Under the pieces are notes generated by a model. The model worked only from the letters and a program-made list of their open reading frames with translations, made no database searches and had not been told where the DNA came from. 41,441 nucleotides of DNA, from the IMG/VR virus record IMGVR_UViG_3300029341_000010; one strand, 5' to 3'. The translations under genes and the position numbers were made by a program. This stretch comes from a virus. Positions 38,943 to 41,441 of the stretch are shown here, piece after piece; the stretch's first letter is position 1; every line of letters begins with the position of its first letter.

Positions 38943-39000
38943 GCCCTTGTAGCTCAATGGCAAGAGCCTTGGTGTGCCGGTTCAAGTCCGGCTGAGGGCA
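38943..39000 (+). ncRNA. tRNA-like element lacking the anticodon arm (58 nt)
   Basis: The acceptor stem is GCCCTTG/TGAGGGC, the D-arm is GCTC-AATGGCAA-GAGC, and the T-arm GCCGG-TTCAAGT-CCGGC is canonical. Only 8 nt (CTTGGTGT) sit where the anticodon stem-loop plus variable loop should be. Confidence 0.5.
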
Positions 39001-39360
39001 CGTGCTGGGTCGCTCCCACCGGTGAAAGCCCGGCGCAGGCAAAACGCGATAGATAACCTGAACGCTGTAAGCAAAGCGGCAAGCCGATCAGGAGCGCGGC
39101 GCGATGGCAGGTCGCAACGGGACTTCGAGAGCCTGAAAAAATCTGCCCCACATCTGCTTGCGCGGACGCTGTTACTGACACCGTTGCGCGTTGTGGCCCT
39201 CCTTTTAATCAAAGCAGAAACCGCGACCAGCGGACGGGATATAAATAACGCTGGATTACGTTGCAGGTGTGCAGCTGCAACGGGCGAGACCGGCATAGCA
39301 GAGACCGGTAGGGCGGGAACGCGCTTTTCCTCCGGCGCAAAGGGGTTTTGGGGGATATAA

Positions 39361-39392
39361 GCCTACACAAATTGTGTTGGCTTTTTGTTTTG
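39361..39392 (+). terminator. Rho-independent terminator at the end of the non-coding tract
   Basis: GCCTACACA-AAT-TGTGTTGGC (9 bp, one mismatch) followed by TTTTTGTTTTG. Confidence 0.65.
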
Positions 39393-39408
39393 CATAAAGG
39401 AGGATATT

Positions 39409-40569
39409 ATGCAAATTGTGATGAAATCGCTGGGAGAAATTCACCCATACGAAAACAACGCAAAAAAGCACGATGCAAGGCAAATCAAAAATGTTGCCGA
39501 AAGCATCAAGCAATATGGGTTTGTGCAGCCGGTTGTTGTGGACAAAAACAACATTATTGTGATTGGGCATTGCCGCGCATTGGCTGCAAAAAAGCTGGGA
39601 ATCAAAGAAGTACCGTGCGTCTGTGTGGACGATTTGACACCAGAGCAGGTGAATGCCCTCCGGCTTGTGGATAACAAAAGCAATGAGAGTGACTGGGACT
39701 TCGACCTGCTGAAAGATGAACTGCCGGAGCTGGATTTGTCGGCGTTTGATTTTGATTGGGGACTCCCAGAAGAAGCGACAGAAGAAGTTGTAGAAGACGA
39801 TGCGCCGGAGGTGGATGAGGAATCCGAGCCAATAACAAAAAAAGGTGACATTTGGCAGCTTGGCAGACACAGGCTTATGTGCGGCGACAGCACAAAAAGC
39901 GATGATGTAAGCGCTCTTATGGGGGGGCGTCTTGCAGACATGTTGCTCACAGACCCGCCTTACGGGGTTGACTATACTGGGAAAACCAAGGACGCGCTTA
40001 AAATCGAAAACGATGCAAAAAGCGACGATGAGTTTATTGCGTTTTTGCAATCTGCGTTTTCGTCTGCTGATTCTGTGATGAAGCCGGGGGCTGTATTCTA
40101 CATCTGGCACGCCATTCTAAAGACATACGCCTTTGAATCGGCGTGCCAGATGGCGGGATGGGAAGTCCGGCAGGTTCTTATTTGGGTAAAAAATGCAATG
40201 GTAATGGGCAGGCAGGACTACCAATGGAAGCATGAGCCGTGCCTTTACGGATGGAAGTCTGGTGCTGGTCATTTGTGGGCGTCAGACCGAAAGCAAACAA
40301 CCGTGCTGGAATTTGACCGTCCAACAAAAAATAAAGAGCATCCAACAATGAAACCTGTGGCGCTTTTCGATTATCAAATCAAAAACAACACTAAAGGCGG
40401 TGACGCCGTGCTTGATTTGTTTGCTGGCAGCGGGACGACGGTTATTGCGTGTGAGCAAAACGGTCGGGATGCGTATGCAATGGAGTTCGACCCAAGATAC
40501 TGTGATGTGATTGTAAAGCGATGGGAAACCCTGACGGGGAATAGGGCGGTGCTGTTAAATGACAATTAA
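39409..40569 (+). CDS. ParB-like nuclease domain fused to a DNA methyltransferase (N6-A/N4-C, beta class)
   Basis: ATG after AAGGAGG. The ParB-type N-terminus is IHPYENNAKKH...VIGHCRALAAKKLG. Motif IV is LLTDPPYGVDY and the AdoMet motif is DLFAGSGTTVIACEQ. Confidence 0.9.
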   Translation: MQIVMKSLGEIHPYENNAKKHDARQIKNVAESIKQYGFVQPVVVDKNNIIVIGHCRALAAKKLGIKEVPCVCVDDLTPEQVNALRLVDNKSNESDWDFDLLKDELPELDLSAFDFDWGLPEEATEEVVEDDAPEVDEESEPITKKGDIWQLGRHRLMCGDSTKSDDVSALMGGRLADMLLTDPPYGVDYTGKTKDALKIENDAKSDDEFIAFLQSAFSSADSVMKPGAVFYIWHAILKTYAFESACQMAGWEVRQVLIWVKNAMVMGRQDYQWKHEPCLYGWKSGAGHLWASDRKQTTVLEFDRPTKNKEHPTMKPVALFDYQIKNNTKGGDAVLDLFAGSGTTVIACEQNGRDAYAMEFDPRYCDVIVKRWETLTGNRAVLLNDN

Positions 40570-40664
40570 AGAAGCGCGAAAAATAATCGCAAAGACAGAC
40601 AGCCCGTACTTAAAAAGGGATATGCAGAAATTCATTCAACGCCAAAAGAAAAAGGAGGGCGTTT

Positions 40665-40997
40665 ATGGCAAAAACAGGACGCCCGAGAAAAGAGATCGAT
40701 CAAAACCACTTTGAAAACCTATGCGGGTTACAGTGTACAAAAGAAGATATATGCGATTTCTTTGGCGTAACAGACAAAACGATTGATGCGTGGTGCAAAA
40801 GGACATACAAGGATAGTTTTTCCGTAGTTTTTAAGCAAAAGCGAGGAAAGGGAAAATGCTCTCTGCGTCGGTATCAATTTGCACTCGCCCAAAAAAACGC
40901 AAATATGGCAATTTGGCTCGGCAAACAGTATTTGGGGCAGAAAGACGAGCCTGAACAACAGACAGACAGCGGGGTGCAAATCATAGATGACCTGTAA
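40665..40997 (+). CDS. terS: Terminase small subunit
   Basis: A 110-aa product after AAAAGGAGG. The N-terminal HTH is GRPRKEIDQNHFENLCGLQCTKEDICDFFGVTDKTIDAW, and MAIWLGKQYLGQKD is also present. The gene lies immediately upstream of terL. Confidence 0.85.
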   Translation: MAKTGRPRKEIDQNHFENLCGLQCTKEDICDFFGVTDKTIDAWCKRTYKDSFSVVFKQKRGKGKCSLRRYQFALAQKNANMAIWLGKQYLGQKDEPEQQTDSGVQIIDDL

Positions 40998-41010
40998 CAG
41001 ATTATCGGCT

Positions 41011-41441
41011 ATGGTCTCCCCATGCTTTGCTGAAGCGCACCGGCAAATCAAGGCAGGCAACGTGAAAGAACTGCTTGCGAAAGGTGGGCGCGGCTCTACC
41101 AAATCCAGCTATATCAGCATAGAGCTGATTTTACAACTGCTAAAGCATCCGCAATGCCACGCGGCGGTTTTCCGCAAGGTCGGAAACACACTGCGCACAA
41201 GCGTGTATGCGCAAATCGTTTGGGCTATCAATGAGCTTGGATTGCACGACCATTTTCGCTGCACGGTTTCCCCTATGGAATGCACCTATTTGCCTACTGG
41301 GCAAAAGGTGCTTTTTTTCGGCGTTGATGACCCCGGCAAGGTAAAGTCAATCAAAGTGCCGTTTGGTTATATCGGCATCTGCTGGTTTGAAGAACTAGAC
41401 CAGTTTGACGGTGAAGAGCAAATCCGAAATGTGGAGCAGTC
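41011..41441 (+). CDS. terL: Terminase large subunit, N-terminal part (3' end continues at base 2 after the circular junction)
   Basis: This is the first ATG after the in-frame TAA at 40996. The Walker A-like motif is KGGRGSTKSS. The last 123 nt duplicate the start of the window. Confidence 0.9.
   Translation, partial: MVSPCFAEAHRQIKAGNVKELLAKGGRGSTKSSYISIELILQLLKHPQCHAAVFRKVGNTLRTSVYAQIVWAINELGLHDHFRCTVSPMECTYLPTGQKVLFFGVDDPGKVKSIKVPFGYIGICWFEELDQFDGEEQIRNVEQ
41319..41441. repeat. Terminal direct repeat, copy 2 (identical to 1-123)
   Basis: Direct reading of both ends of the window. Confidence 0.97.

Larger units (their letters stand above)
38560..39392 (+). ncRNA. Candidate large structured non-coding RNA locus (boundaries approximate; the 5' end is unknown)
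   Basis: A 965-nt tract with no credible ORF in a tightly packed genome. It contains many short perfect G+C-rich helices and repeated motifs, embeds tRNA and tRNA-like elements, and ends in an intrinsic terminator. Confidence 0.55.

Noticed and set aside
38697-39360. ORFs 38697-38963 (-), 38777-38995 (+), 38833-39042 (-), 38954-39181 (-), 38974-39360 (+) and 38982-39296 (-)
   Set aside because: They overlap one another on both strands, have no RBS and are Arg/Ala/Gly/Cys-rich. They run through tRNA-like structures, so I interpret the region as non-coding RNA.
39256-40110. A 284-aa minus-strand ORF
   Set aside because: It is antisense to the ParB-methyltransferase gene, which carries clear motifs (DPPY, FAGSGTT).
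40559-40714. A 51-aa ORF (MTIKEARKIIAKTDSPYLKRDMQKFIQRQKKKEG...) overlapping the methyltransferase stop and running 50 nt into terS in another frame
   Set aside because: The first 35 residues look plausible. However, the tail is out-of-frame terS sequence and no RBS is evident, so support is insufficient.

Overview
The window is one complete, circularly closed temperate siphovirus-type genome. Bases 1-123 are identical to 41319-41441, so the unit length is 41318 bp, and the large terminase gene runs across that junction. Protein features such as XkdX-like genes, an M23+GH25 endolysin and XhlA-like/holin lysis genes suggest a Gram-positive, probably Clostridia-type, host; this is inference only.

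Gene order on the + strand:
- terL (split by the junction), portal, SPP1-gp7-like head protein, a small inserted gene, HK97-gp10-like protein, scaffold and major capsid.
- Connector and tail-completion genes, major tail protein, tail chaperone with a canonical -1 frameshift, tape measure, Dit and a Gp37-like hub.
- Two successive tail-fibre/accessory cassettes, then endolysin, XhlA-like protein, holin and a small HTH protein followed by two terminators.
- An eight-gene accessory block of Gln-, Gly- and Cys-rich proteins of unknown function (19703-23025).
- attP, made of a tRNA 3' fragment flanked by four AGTGTGTACT repeats.

The lysogeny genes are on the - strand: integrase, an A+T-rich orphan gene and a CI-like repressor. 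A divergent switch region follows, with one near-consensus promoter and reiterated CTAGCAT half-sites.

The early region returns to the + strand:
- Cro-like protein, Bro-N/KilAC antirepressor, a possible RAMP-like protein and a roughly 33-unit hexapeptide-repeat protein.
- Rad52-like, NinB-like and HNH-like proteins, a free-standing HNH endonuclease, SSB, replication initiator, DnaB-type helicase and RusA.
- Several small Zn-ribbon proteins and a sigma-like late activator.

Between the late activator and a ParB-methyltransferase fusion lies a 965-nt ORF-free, helix-rich tract. It contains a tRNA-Trp(CCA) and a tRNA-like element that lacks the anticodon arm. I consider this the best candidate for something new: a large structured ncRNA locus, possibly of the GOLLD/ROOL kind.

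All functional calls come from reading the translations and the DNA by eye. No searches were run.
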